38,269 nt of DNA from positions 1 through 38,269 of the IMG/VR virus record IMGVR_UViG_3300030433_001610. One strand, given 5' to 3'. The stretch is from a virus. Lineage: Duplodnaviria > Caudoviricetes. The notes under the pieces were generated by a model. The model was given only the letters and a program-made list of their open reading frames with translations. It ran no database searches and had not been told where the DNA came from. Below are positions 27,042 through 35,008 of the stretch, piece after piece (the stretch's first letter is position 1; every line of letters begins with the position of its first letter). A program made the position numbers and the translations under genes.

Positions 27042-27658
27042 GTAAAATAGAAGACAGTGTATGTGAGAAGATAAAACAACGTGCGGCGATTGGTAAAGCG
27101 AAGTATGGTGTAACGATGGAACGAGGCGACTTGTTCCTCGTTGATTGGCTTACGCACTTACAAGAAGAATTGATGGACGCTACCGTGTATGTCGAGCGAC
27201 TCCTTACCGACGTGGTAAAGTACGTTGAAGAGAAAGAAACATGGGAAAAGAAACGTGACACGCATACGACGTATGCAAAGCACGACGGCATACGCAAGCC
27301 GTGGACAGATGAGGAAGCCGAGAAAATCGTTGAGTGGCTTGAGGATGGCATCAAGTACAGGGAGATTGCGCTCAGATTGGACCGCACGTACGCCAGTGTG
27401 TATGCGCTTGGTACTGTTGCCGTTGAGCGAGTGAAGTTAGGTAAGCATCCACTTCCACCTTCTCGCAGTGAGAGAGCAACAGGTTGGCACATGAGCCTTG
27501 AAGAGTACAATGCCATCGAGGTACTGATAAAGCAAGGTATGCCTCACGCTGAAATTGCGGCAAGATTCGACAGACCGATTTCAACCATCAAGCGGATATT
27601 GAGAGGCGAGAAAAGCAAACTACAGTTGGAACAGGAACAAGAAGGTGCAAAGGAATGA
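27038..27658 (+). CDS. MazG-like (all-alpha NTP pyrophosphohydrolase) domain fused to tandem HTH domains
   Basis: G.AKYG.TM.R.DL...WL.HLQEELMDATVY; then WT.EE..G..YREIA..LDRT and G..HAEIA.RFDRPISTIKR. Confidence 0.55.
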   Translation: MSKIEDSVCEKIKQRAAIGKAKYGVTMERGDLFLVDWLTHLQEELMDATVYVERLLTDVVKYVEEKETWEKKRDTHTTYAKHDGIRKPWTDEEAEKIVEWLEDGIKYREIALRLDRTYASVYALGTVAVERVKLGKHPLPPSRSERATGWHMSLEEYNAIEVLIKQGMPHAEIAARFDRPISTIKRILRGEKSKLQLEQEQEGAKE

Positions 27659-28680
27659 GATGGAATCCAAACGGTGATGACTCACGTCAAACCATTGAAG
27701 AGTACAACGCTGAAACAGGCCACAGGGAAGAAATGCTGTGGTATCAAAATAGCACCTATGCATGGAATCCAAACCTGCAAGACGGTAGTATCTTGAGAGT
27801 CACGAAATCAAGCATGGGTACATTCAGTTGGTGTCCACAACAATACTACCTTGAGAAGTTCAAGGGACTGCGAGGCGAAAGCCGATATTATCACACTCGT
27901 GGATTGAACATACACGACATGATGGAATGGTTTTGGGAGAACATATCAAAGGAGCAAGAGCAAGCGGTCTTGAACCTCGCTGAATCAGACATCGAAGCAG
28001 GGCGTACGTTACTCCACAGTTACATTCCACAACCTCCCGAACCGTATGAGTATGGTGAGGAGGAACAGATTCGACAATGGGTTGATTGGCAATACAATCG
28101 ACTCATCATTACACAGGGTAAGAAGTGGCGACCTGCGGGTGTTGAGGCAAATATACATGCCAACCGCTATGTGGTTGTAGATGATACACCTGTGAAAGTA
28201 CACCTATCGGGATTCATCGACACACTGTTCCCAAGTGAGTCTGATGGCTATGCTCTCATGGAATTGAAGAGTGGTAAGTACAACAAAAGTAAACCTACGA
28301 GTATGCGTAAGGAGATGGCTTTCTACAAGATGATGCTGGACCATAGCCCACACCATGAGTATCTCCCTATCACCCATTGGGGATGGGAGTTTCCGGGTGG
28401 GGGTATTGAAGGCGGCACTGGTGCGGCCATTCACTACGAATCAGCAACAAACAAGACAGGAAGCAACGCAGTCAAGAGCGTCGAGCGTACACTTGAGAAG
28501 ATGGTGCGAGCACACATCGCTATGGAGTTCCCACCTGACCCGTACTTGGGTCGATTCAAAAAAGGCGTACCACTTGAAGAACAGAAACTCAAATGTAACT
28601 GGTGCGACTACAAAGAACACTGTGAATTTTGGTCGGTAACAGATGAATATTTAGACAAAATAATGGAGGATGAACAATGA
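27655..28680 (+). CDS. Cas4-like / RecB-family PD-(D/E)XK nuclease
   Basis: CPQQY, G..IH, GFID, ELKSG and C-terminal CNWC.....C (four-Cys Fe-S staple). Confidence 0.85.
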   Translation: MRWNPNGDDSRQTIEEYNAETGHREEMLWYQNSTYAWNPNLQDGSILRVTKSSMGTFSWCPQQYYLEKFKGLRGESRYYHTRGLNIHDMMEWFWENISKEQEQAVLNLAESDIEAGRTLLHSYIPQPPEPYEYGEEEQIRQWVDWQYNRLIITQGKKWRPAGVEANIHANRYVVVDDTPVKVHLSGFIDTLFPSESDGYALMELKSGKYNKSKPTSMRKEMAFYKMMLDHSPHHEYLPITHWGWEFPGGGIEGGTGAAIHYESATNKTGSNAVKSVERTLEKMVRAHIAMEFPPDPYLGRFKKGVPLEEQKLKCNWCDYKEHCEFWSVTDEYLDKIMEDEQ

Positions 28681-28979
28681 AAGAAGCGGCAATAGCAATA
28701 GAAAAATACCTATCGGAGAAAGTAGACGAAGAACATGTTATACACATTGCGGTACAGAAAACAGGCAACTTACCAAACCGAGTTCCTTTCACATGTAATG
28801 TATACAGACAGACAACGCTTGACAAATTCATGGATGAAGAAACAGGCTACCCTGATTACGTTGGTCCATATCACGTACACTTTACTGTACATGCTCGATA
28901 CATGCAAGCGGAAAAAATCATTCACACAATGAACATGTTGGCTGAACACCTTGAAGGTTTGATGTATCTCAAGCGGTGA
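28677..28979 (+). CDS. Hypothetical protein with PIP-like motif
   Basis: RQTTLDKFM; ATGA overlap. Confidence 0.6.
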   Translation: MKEAAIAIEKYLSEKVDEEHVIHIAVQKTGNLPNRVPFTCNVYRQTTLDKFMDEETGYPDYVGPYHVHFTVHARYMQAEKIIHTMNMLAEHLEGLMYLKR

Positions 28980-28983
28980 TTGT

Positions 28984-30072
28984 ATGCCCTTTGTACCGAT
29001 AGACTTCCCTCGTGAGGTCTTAGAACTCCCTGCCAATGGCATGAAGGGTTGGCGACGTATTGTACGCAACGCTGATGAGTTGCAACAATACTGGAAAGGG
29101 AAGAACGGTTCGGGCAATGTATACTTCACAGCGTACGGTTACAGTGAAACACAAGCACCGAAGCATCACCGAGTCGATTACAATACTCCGAAGATACATC
29201 ACTTCGTGATGGACTTCGATTGCAAGGACTTCAAGAATCGTGGTGCGGAGGTACACTTTGAAGTGCCTCAAGAAGAAGTACGTCGCCTTCATCAGTACTT
29301 ACAAGGTAAGAACATTGAGCACTTCGTATGGTTCAGTGGTGGCGGTTTTCACGTATGGGTTCCGTTTGCTGAATCAATAAATCCGACAAGCGGTTCTGAA
29401 CTTTCAAGGGTAAAGTATTCAGGTGCAATGCTATTGAACCAGTGGGAGAAGGACATCGGTGGACTGCGGTGCAATGACCCAACGGTAGCATTCGATACCA
29501 GTGGTATGATACGCATTCCCAACTCGTACAATGCACGACGAGATTGTTGGTCGATACCACTGTCAAGCGAAGACCTGATGACCCTCTCGTACGACGACCT
29601 ACAAGACAAGGCGATGGATGCACACGAAGGCTACATCAGTATGGGTGGTGAGCCGTTGGAGTTCAAGATAGTTGAGAACCAACTGATGACAATGAACGAC
29701 ATCAAGCCTGTTGATTTACCTACCATATCCTATGATGATATTCACATTCTCCCCTGCTTGGCACAGGCGGCTATGGGTGGGGGCAACCCTACCGACCGAG
29801 CGAGATACCACTTCGTATCGTATCTTGCTGACCGCTTCCGTATGTTCTTCCCTGCATGGAAGGTTAAGGAGGAGGACAGAATGAAACACGTCGAGCCTAT
29901 TGTGAGTATATGCTCACAACAAAACTGGGTAGACTTTGACCGTGATTATACGACAATGCGTGTGTCGCACATCGTCAAAGCGGGTCACACTCATGCTACC
30001 TGTGCTTCGCTATACAATGAAGGATTATGCGTCGGTAAATGCAATTACTATGATGGAACGGGTGGTCTGTGA
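28984..30072 (+). CDS. Archaeo-eukaryotic primase, fused PriS catalytic and PriL C-terminal Fe-S domain
   Basis: DFD, FSGGGFH and RIPNS; then LPCL..TCASL..GLC..KC. Confidence 0.88.
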   Translation: MPFVPIDFPREVLELPANGMKGWRRIVRNADELQQYWKGKNGSGNVYFTAYGYSETQAPKHHRVDYNTPKIHHFVMDFDCKDFKNRGAEVHFEVPQEEVRRLHQYLQGKNIEHFVWFSGGGFHVWVPFAESINPTSGSELSRVKYSGAMLLNQWEKDIGGLRCNDPTVAFDTSGMIRIPNSYNARRDCWSIPLSSEDLMTLSYDDLQDKAMDAHEGYISMGGEPLEFKIVENQLMTMNDIKPVDLPTISYDDIHILPCLAQAAMGGGNPTDRARYHFVSYLADRFRMFFPAWKVKEEDRMKHVEPIVSICSQQNWVDFDRDYTTMRVSHIVKAGHTHATCASLYNEGLCVGKCNYYDGTGGL

Positions 30073-30308
30073 TGCCGTCCTTACCTTGCTGTGTTTGCGG
30101 TGGTAACAGGGGTTCTGTACCACCAAGTCGTTACTTTGAGGGCTACACGAGGATATGTTCATCGTGCAAAGGGAAGCCCGAAGTACAGAAAGAGTACCAC
30201 TGTAAATCGCTCACATCAAAGGGAAAACCGTGTAGACAATTCCGTTTACAAAACAGCAAGTTTTGTCAAAGTCACACCAAACATCACATACTCATGGAGG
30301 AAGAATAA
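30072..30308 (+). CDS. Small double zinc-finger protein
   Basis: CCVC..CSSC and C...T.KG.PC....FC..H. Confidence 0.6.
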   Translation: MPSLPCCVCGGNRGSVPPSRYFEGYTRICSSCKGKPEVQKEYHCKSLTSKGKPCRQFRLQNSKFCQSHTKHHILMEEE

Positions 30309-31009
30309 TGGCTAAACCTGATTTAATTATTGACAGCAATGAACGAGGAACACTATGCGAGTCCGTAGAACGACGTGCCGAGAAAGCAGGTATGACTGTT
30401 GCACGCCAAGTGTTGGTGGTCGGTGACTATCAATTAGGCGGGGCATGTGTTGAAGCCAAGAGCATCAGCGATTTGTTTCAGTCATCACACAACGGTCACC
30501 TATGGCGACAACTGGACAACATGGATGCCAACTACGAAAGGTTCTTCCTTCTCGTACACGGTTCTATAGAAAAACACGTAAGCATAATGAAAAGCAAGGG
30601 AAGTAAAAATGTCACATACTCACGAGTCCAAAGTGAATTGATTGGCACTATCGCACGTATTATGTCTGATTTCAACTGCCAAGTATTTTACACTCCACAC
30701 GTTAGTGAAGCGGCTATGTTTGTCGTTAAACTACACGACAAGTTGCACAAACCTGCAAGCAAGCATGGTGCTCAAGCAGTACGTCGTGTAGCGTCCAACG
30801 ACATACGCATGGACGTGCTGATGGCTATACCCTCCGTAGGACGAGAGATTGCTGAACGCTTGCTCGACAAGTGCGGTAGTATCGAGGAGATGGCTTTCCC
30901 TGAATCATTGAAGCAGGTGAAAGGGCTTGGCGAAGCACGACGTAAATTACTGATGAAAGTACTAACGAGTGAAGAAGAAGTAAGACAAGAGCGTAAAGTC
31001 CGTCGCTGA
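30308..31009 (+). CDS. ERCC4/XPF (Hef/Mus81-like) structure-specific endonuclease with HhH
   Basis: IIDSNE, GDY, VEAKSISDL, QL; HhH motifs IPSVG and VKGLG. Confidence 0.88.
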   Translation: MAKPDLIIDSNERGTLCESVERRAEKAGMTVARQVLVVGDYQLGGACVEAKSISDLFQSSHNGHLWRQLDNMDANYERFFLLVHGSIEKHVSIMKSKGSKNVTYSRVQSELIGTIARIMSDFNCQVFYTPHVSEAAMFVVKLHDKLHKPASKHGAQAVRRVASNDIRMDVLMAIPSVGREIAERLLDKCGSIEEMAFPESLKQVKGLGEARRKLLMKVLTSEEEVRQERKVRR

Positions 31010-31032
31010 TTTATAAACTGGCAAAGAGAAAG
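31010..31032 (+). promoter_or_regulatory. Conserved viral promoter motif, copy 8
   Basis: TTTATAAACTGGCAAAGAGAAAG, 36 nt before ATG 31046. Confidence 0.8.
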
Positions 31033-31045
31033 TAGGTGTGAAATT

Positions 31046-32443
31046 ATGACAGAAGCAAGCAATTACAAAGCAGTACAAAAGTTCCCGATTCTTGATGCAT
31101 ACTTGCATCACTTTTCGAGGACATCAATGAACAACGAGATACCGGGGCTACTGTCCTTTTTCTACATACAGGGACAACTGGCACTACCGTACATTCGCAT
31201 ACCGACAGGTGACACGCACCTTGACCCTCGTGTACACGTCTTTTGGATTCAACCATCAAGAACAGGCAAGTCGATTGCGTGGAACTTCATTGGTGACATC
31301 ATGGATAATGTTGGTTTACCAACCGAGTTGTTCGCTTCGGGTACAGACGCAGGTCTGATAGGCTCAACTATCCCTATTATGGATGAGAACGGTAAGGCAA
31401 CAAGTGAGGTTGAAACAGTTGAAGGGCTTCTTGCAGGGCGCAAGGGTATCAACTTCGATGAGGGTTCTATTCTTCTTACTCCAAACAAGCACAGTCAAGA
31501 AACTGTTCTGTATCTACAGACAGCCTGTAACCCTGTAGGTAGCGGAAACAATGTACTCGTGAAGCACATGAAGGGCAACAAGATTGAGTGTCCTTCACTG
31601 GTGTCACTATGGATTACCACATACCCACCAAAGGGTGTCAAGGAGTATGTCTTGACGAAGGGTATCTTCCAACGTGTGTTGCTGTACTGGGCGCACTGGG
31701 ACATGGACATGCGTCAAGAGGTGAGCAACACTCGACTGGGTACGTTCTTCCGTAAACCAAAGCAGGTTGAATACACAAAGGACGACATCTACGATTACTT
31801 CACAACGACCGAGAAGCGCATACGTGACCGCCTTCTCAACATGAGTGAGATTACATTCACGCAATGGGATGAGATGACAAATGAAGAGAAAGAATACATT
31901 GTACAAGAGAAGATGTGGGACATGTTCACTGCTTCAAGTGATTTTGCAACGGCATTGTATCAAGCGTCTGATGAGATATATGACCTCCTACGCAATATGG
32001 ATGCGGCAATGTCTGAAATCGTAGCATCCTTTACACCTGCGATTGAGAATTATCTTGGTATCTTTTCAATTCACATGGCTTTGCTTGACAACAAGTGGGA
32101 GGTTACACCTGACCACGTAGACATGGCGCACGAGATTCTTTTCGACTTGTTCCAAAATCTCATTGCATGGCTTGAGGATTCTGTTGAGATTGGTGGCAAC
32201 AAGGCAAAGGAAGCCAAGTTGCAAGATGATATGCTTAAGGCGTATGGCGAATGTGCGGGATATGAGTTGGATGGTCATGGTGACGGTTGGCGGATGCAAT
32301 CGAGCGTATGGAATCAGTACATGGCACAAACAGGAGTGAGCAAGAGTACTGTTCAACGTCACTTCAAAGATTACGGACCGAAACTATTCAATCGCAAAAA
32401 GAGCAACGGACGAATGTACTATCGACGTAAAGGTGAGAAGTGA
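31046..32443 (+). CDS. Divergent MCM-like AAA+ helicase with C-terminal wHTH
   Basis: HVFWIQPSRTGKS Walker A, T.AGLIG, G.L, FDE Walker B, FQR; no MCM N-terminal domain. Confidence 0.6.
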   Translation: MTEASNYKAVQKFPILDAYLHHFSRTSMNNEIPGLLSFFYIQGQLALPYIRIPTGDTHLDPRVHVFWIQPSRTGKSIAWNFIGDIMDNVGLPTELFASGTDAGLIGSTIPIMDENGKATSEVETVEGLLAGRKGINFDEGSILLTPNKHSQETVLYLQTACNPVGSGNNVLVKHMKGNKIECPSLVSLWITTYPPKGVKEYVLTKGIFQRVLLYWAHWDMDMRQEVSNTRLGTFFRKPKQVEYTKDDIYDYFTTTEKRIRDRLLNMSEITFTQWDEMTNEEKEYIVQEKMWDMFTASSDFATALYQASDEIYDLLRNMDAAMSEIVASFTPAIENYLGIFSIHMALLDNKWEVTPDHVDMAHEILFDLFQNLIAWLEDSVEIGGNKAKEAKLQDDMLKAYGECAGYELDGHGDGWRMQSSVWNQYMAQTGVSKSTVQRHFKDYGPKLFNRKKSNGRMYYRRKGEK

Positions 32444-33048
32444 TGAGCGACGTAATGGCACTTGATATTGAAACTGGCAATTTCTCTTGGGAGATAGGCG
32501 GTTGGGACAAGACGGCTTCGTTTGAGCCTACAGTCGTGGCTACATGGAATGGTGATAGTGGTAATGTATACTGCAATGAGTCCCTCTCAATTGATGCTAC
32601 AGTCAAAGCCCTACACCCACGCACACTCGGTGACGATTTATCCGACCACATAGAGAAGGGCGGTACAATCATCGGCCATAACATCAAGTCCTTTGACCTC
32701 CCAGTGCTACGAGATGCACTGGACTGTTGGACAGCAGGTGACATGCTCAAGAGCGATAGTGTCATCGACACAAAGAATCTCGTGAACAAGGCATCCCTGT
32801 CGCAACAGAAGGTGATGACCGACCTAAATTCCCTTGTCAAACATACGTTGGGCGACAGTAAGTTAATGAACAGCGAAGATGCGCCTACGGCTTGGAGGAA
32901 CGGACGATACGACGAGGTGGCGAAGTACTGCTTGAGCGATGCTCGGCTTACTTACGACCTCTACAGTTTCGGCAAGAGCGAAGGCTATGTACGTTCTCGT
33001 GCTGTTGATACGGGACAAATAATTGAAGTTGAGGTGAACTGGAATTGA
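32443..33048 (+). CDS. DEDD 3'-5' exonuclease (RNase H-like fold)
   Basis: ALDIET, GHNIKSFDLPVL, YCLSDA. Confidence 0.85.
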   Translation: MSDVMALDIETGNFSWEIGGWDKTASFEPTVVATWNGDSGNVYCNESLSIDATVKALHPRTLGDDLSDHIEKGGTIIGHNIKSFDLPVLRDALDCWTAGDMLKSDSVIDTKNLVNKASLSQQKVMTDLNSLVKHTLGDSKLMNSEDAPTAWRNGRYDEVAKYCLSDARLTYDLYSFGKSEGYVRSRAVDTGQIIEVEVNWN

Positions 33049-34565
33049 AGAAAGATACAGAACAAACAAGGACGAATGCACAAGCGATGAACATACGGGC
33101 GGCAAGGACAATTGCTGAAACCGTCAAGTCTACGCTTGGACCGATGGGTATGGATAAGATGTTGGTCGATGGACACGGCAACGTCATCGTAACGAATGAC
33201 GGGGCTACCATCCTCCGTGAAGTCGATGTGTCACATCCGGGTGGTAAGATGATTGCCGAAGTAGCAAAGACACAAGAGAACCTATGCTACGACGGTACAA
33301 CAAGTACAGTCGTACTTTCAGGGGCATTGCTTGGACATACCGAGTCTTTGTTTGCTAAGGGCTTGCATCCGAATGTGATTTGTCGTGGGTATCACGAGGC
33401 TTCGCAAATGGCAACCAAGTACTTGCAAGATGAAATTACAATGCTTGCCGAAGGACGTGATGAAACACTGTCTGTTGCTAAGACAGCAATCACTGGTAAG
33501 ACCCTTGAGCATTCGCTTGACCAAGTAGCCGAACTATGTGTATCGGCTGTTGAGCAAGCGGGAGATGCAAAGTCTGTACGTGTGGTATCGTTTCCGGGTG
33601 GCTCGGTCAATGACTCATCCTTGTTCAACGGTGTCATCGTGAGCAAAGACTTCGTGATTGAAGACGAGTCTGATGCAAGTGAATACTACCACATGATGCT
33701 CATCAATACTGGGCTTGACGTTGAGAAGAACGAAGAGAACGTACAAGTGCAACTCGATGCACAGTCATACAGCACGTACAAATCGGCAGGTAAGGCTGAT
33801 TTGCTTGCAAGAGCCAAGCAAATCGTTGATGCTTTCAAGGGTAAAGTAGGTATTGTTTTCGTACGTGATGGAGTCAATGACCACGTTTGTGCGTACCTCA
33901 AGAAGAACGGTATCTATGTCGTACGCCGTACGCCTGAATCCGCTATGCGTGCTATGAAGCGTGCTACAAACAGTGTCATCTACCAAACCGTCGATGACAT
34001 CGAAGACTTGACCATGACAAAGGTCGTACGTGAGATGCACAACGACATATGGTATTTGTTCGTACATTCAAATCACAAGGAGAGCAAGGAGGCTACGCTT
34101 GTCTTGCGTGGTGCAACTACGCACACACTGGAAGAAGTCGAGCGTGGGTTTGATGATGCTCTTGGTGTTGTATCAATGGTGATTGGTGATGAGAAGGTCG
34201 TCGTGGGCGGAGGTAACGCCTACGCTCGTATGGCCGTCTACCTACGCCAACATGCGGCACAGGTAGGGGGTAGAGCACAGATGGCTATTGAGGCGTTTGC
34301 TGATGCCTTAGAAACCATCCCTGCGACCATTGCCGAGAATGCAGGTCATGACCCACTCGATACCATCCTTGAACTACGTCACCGTCTGATGGAAGGTGAA
34401 CTCACGGTTGGTCCTGATGTTGAGAACGGAGGTGTGTGCGACATGCTCAAGTTGGGTGTGCTTGAACCTGCTGAACTCGTACGTCAAGCAGTGCTTAGTG
34501 CGGCTGAAGTCACGAATGCTATTCTACGCATTGATGACATCATTGCACGACGAGGCGTTGAGTGA
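33045..34565 (+). CDS. ths: Thermosome (group II chaperonin) subunit
   Basis: TLGPMGMDKML, TNDGATIL, DGTTS, GGG, ENAG, ILRIDD. The start is uncertain (TTG 33045 or a downstream ATG). Confidence 0.96.
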   Translation: MKKDTEQTRTNAQAMNIRAARTIAETVKSTLGPMGMDKMLVDGHGNVIVTNDGATILREVDVSHPGGKMIAEVAKTQENLCYDGTTSTVVLSGALLGHTESLFAKGLHPNVICRGYHEASQMATKYLQDEITMLAEGRDETLSVAKTAITGKTLEHSLDQVAELCVSAVEQAGDAKSVRVVSFPGGSVNDSSLFNGVIVSKDFVIEDESDASEYYHMMLINTGLDVEKNEENVQVQLDAQSYSTYKSAGKADLLARAKQIVDAFKGKVGIVFVRDGVNDHVCAYLKKNGIYVVRRTPESAMRAMKRATNSVIYQTVDDIEDLTMTKVVREMHNDIWYLFVHSNHKESKEATLVLRGATTHTLEEVERGFDDALGVVSMVIGDEKVVVGGGNAYARMAVYLRQHAAQVGGRAQMAIEAFADALETIPATIAENAGHDPLDTILELRHRLMEGELTVGPDVENGGVCDMLKLGVLEPAELVRQAVLSAAEVTNAILRIDDIIARRGVE

Positions 34566-34738
34566 TGGGGCGGTTGCTTGACCGCTTGAAGGTCAAGTGC
34601 CGAAGATGCACACACTGGCACATACCGAGAAGGCTCACTGCCCGCTACATAGATGGCGACAAAAAGCGACTGCACATGTTGCAGTGCAAAGAGTGCGGTC
34701 ACTTTTGGATTGACAGTGCTTTCAATCGTCAAGAGTAG
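34565..34738 (+). CDS. Zinc-ribbon protein, TFS/TFIIS C-ribbon-like (not in ORF track)
   Basis: MGRLLDRLKVKCRRCTH..ARYIDGD..CKECGHFW; TGATG overlap with the thermosome gene. Confidence 0.6.
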   Translation: MGRLLDRLKVKCRRCTHWHIPRRLTARYIDGDKKRLHMLQCKECGHFWIDSAFNRQE

Positions 34739-34808
34739 CGAGCCATGTTGCAATGAAACCAACAACAAATGATACTATACTAATTAAAGCAACTTTGAAT
34801 ACACTCAT
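34722..34808 (-). CDS. 28-aa single-transmembrane peptide (not in ORF track)
   Basis: MSVFKVALISIVSFVVGFIATWLATLDD; last gene of the minus-strand operon. Confidence 0.5.
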   Translation of the reverse strand: MSVFKVALISIVSFVVGFIATWLATLDD

Positions 34809-34813
34809 AATTA

Positions 34814-35008
34814 TCACGAATTGTGCCAATTAGTGATTTGGGCTTGTGTAGGTGCAGTCGGGTAAGTAGAACTCGGCCAATTTGCAGTAACGAGTGTAAC
34901 AGTTCTTACACCATTTACTTTAATTGTTTCAAAGATAAAAGGTGCTAAGTCTGTCCAATCCACTAAGGGATAATTTGTTTCTAAAAACTCTTTCATGCAA
35001 CCCATCAT
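34814..35008 (-). CDS. Small tail-fibre-associated protein (XkdW-like)
   Basis: Follows the tail fibre gene with an ATGA overlap; W......PTQAQI pattern. Confidence 0.5.
   Translation of the reverse strand: MMGCMKEFLETNYPLVDWTDLAPFIFETIKVNGVRTVTLVTANWPSSTYPTAPTQAQITNWHNS

Noticed and set aside
27655-28680. Cas4-like gene as part of a CRISPR-Cas system
   Set aside because: There is no cas1, cas2 or array in the window; solo Cas4-like nucleases are common in archaeal virus replication modules.
1014-31032. 23-bp repeats as a CRISPR array or attachment sites
   Set aside because: They are kilobases apart, irregularly spaced, always just upstream of a start codon, and begin with a TATA box. No spacers and no integrase were seen.
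85-34500. Numerous minus-strand and alternate-frame ORFs in the track (e.g. 2690..3346, 11444..12085, 26842..27516)
   Set aside because: They overlap well-supported + strand genes and lack SD sequences and recognisable motifs; they are shadow ORFs.
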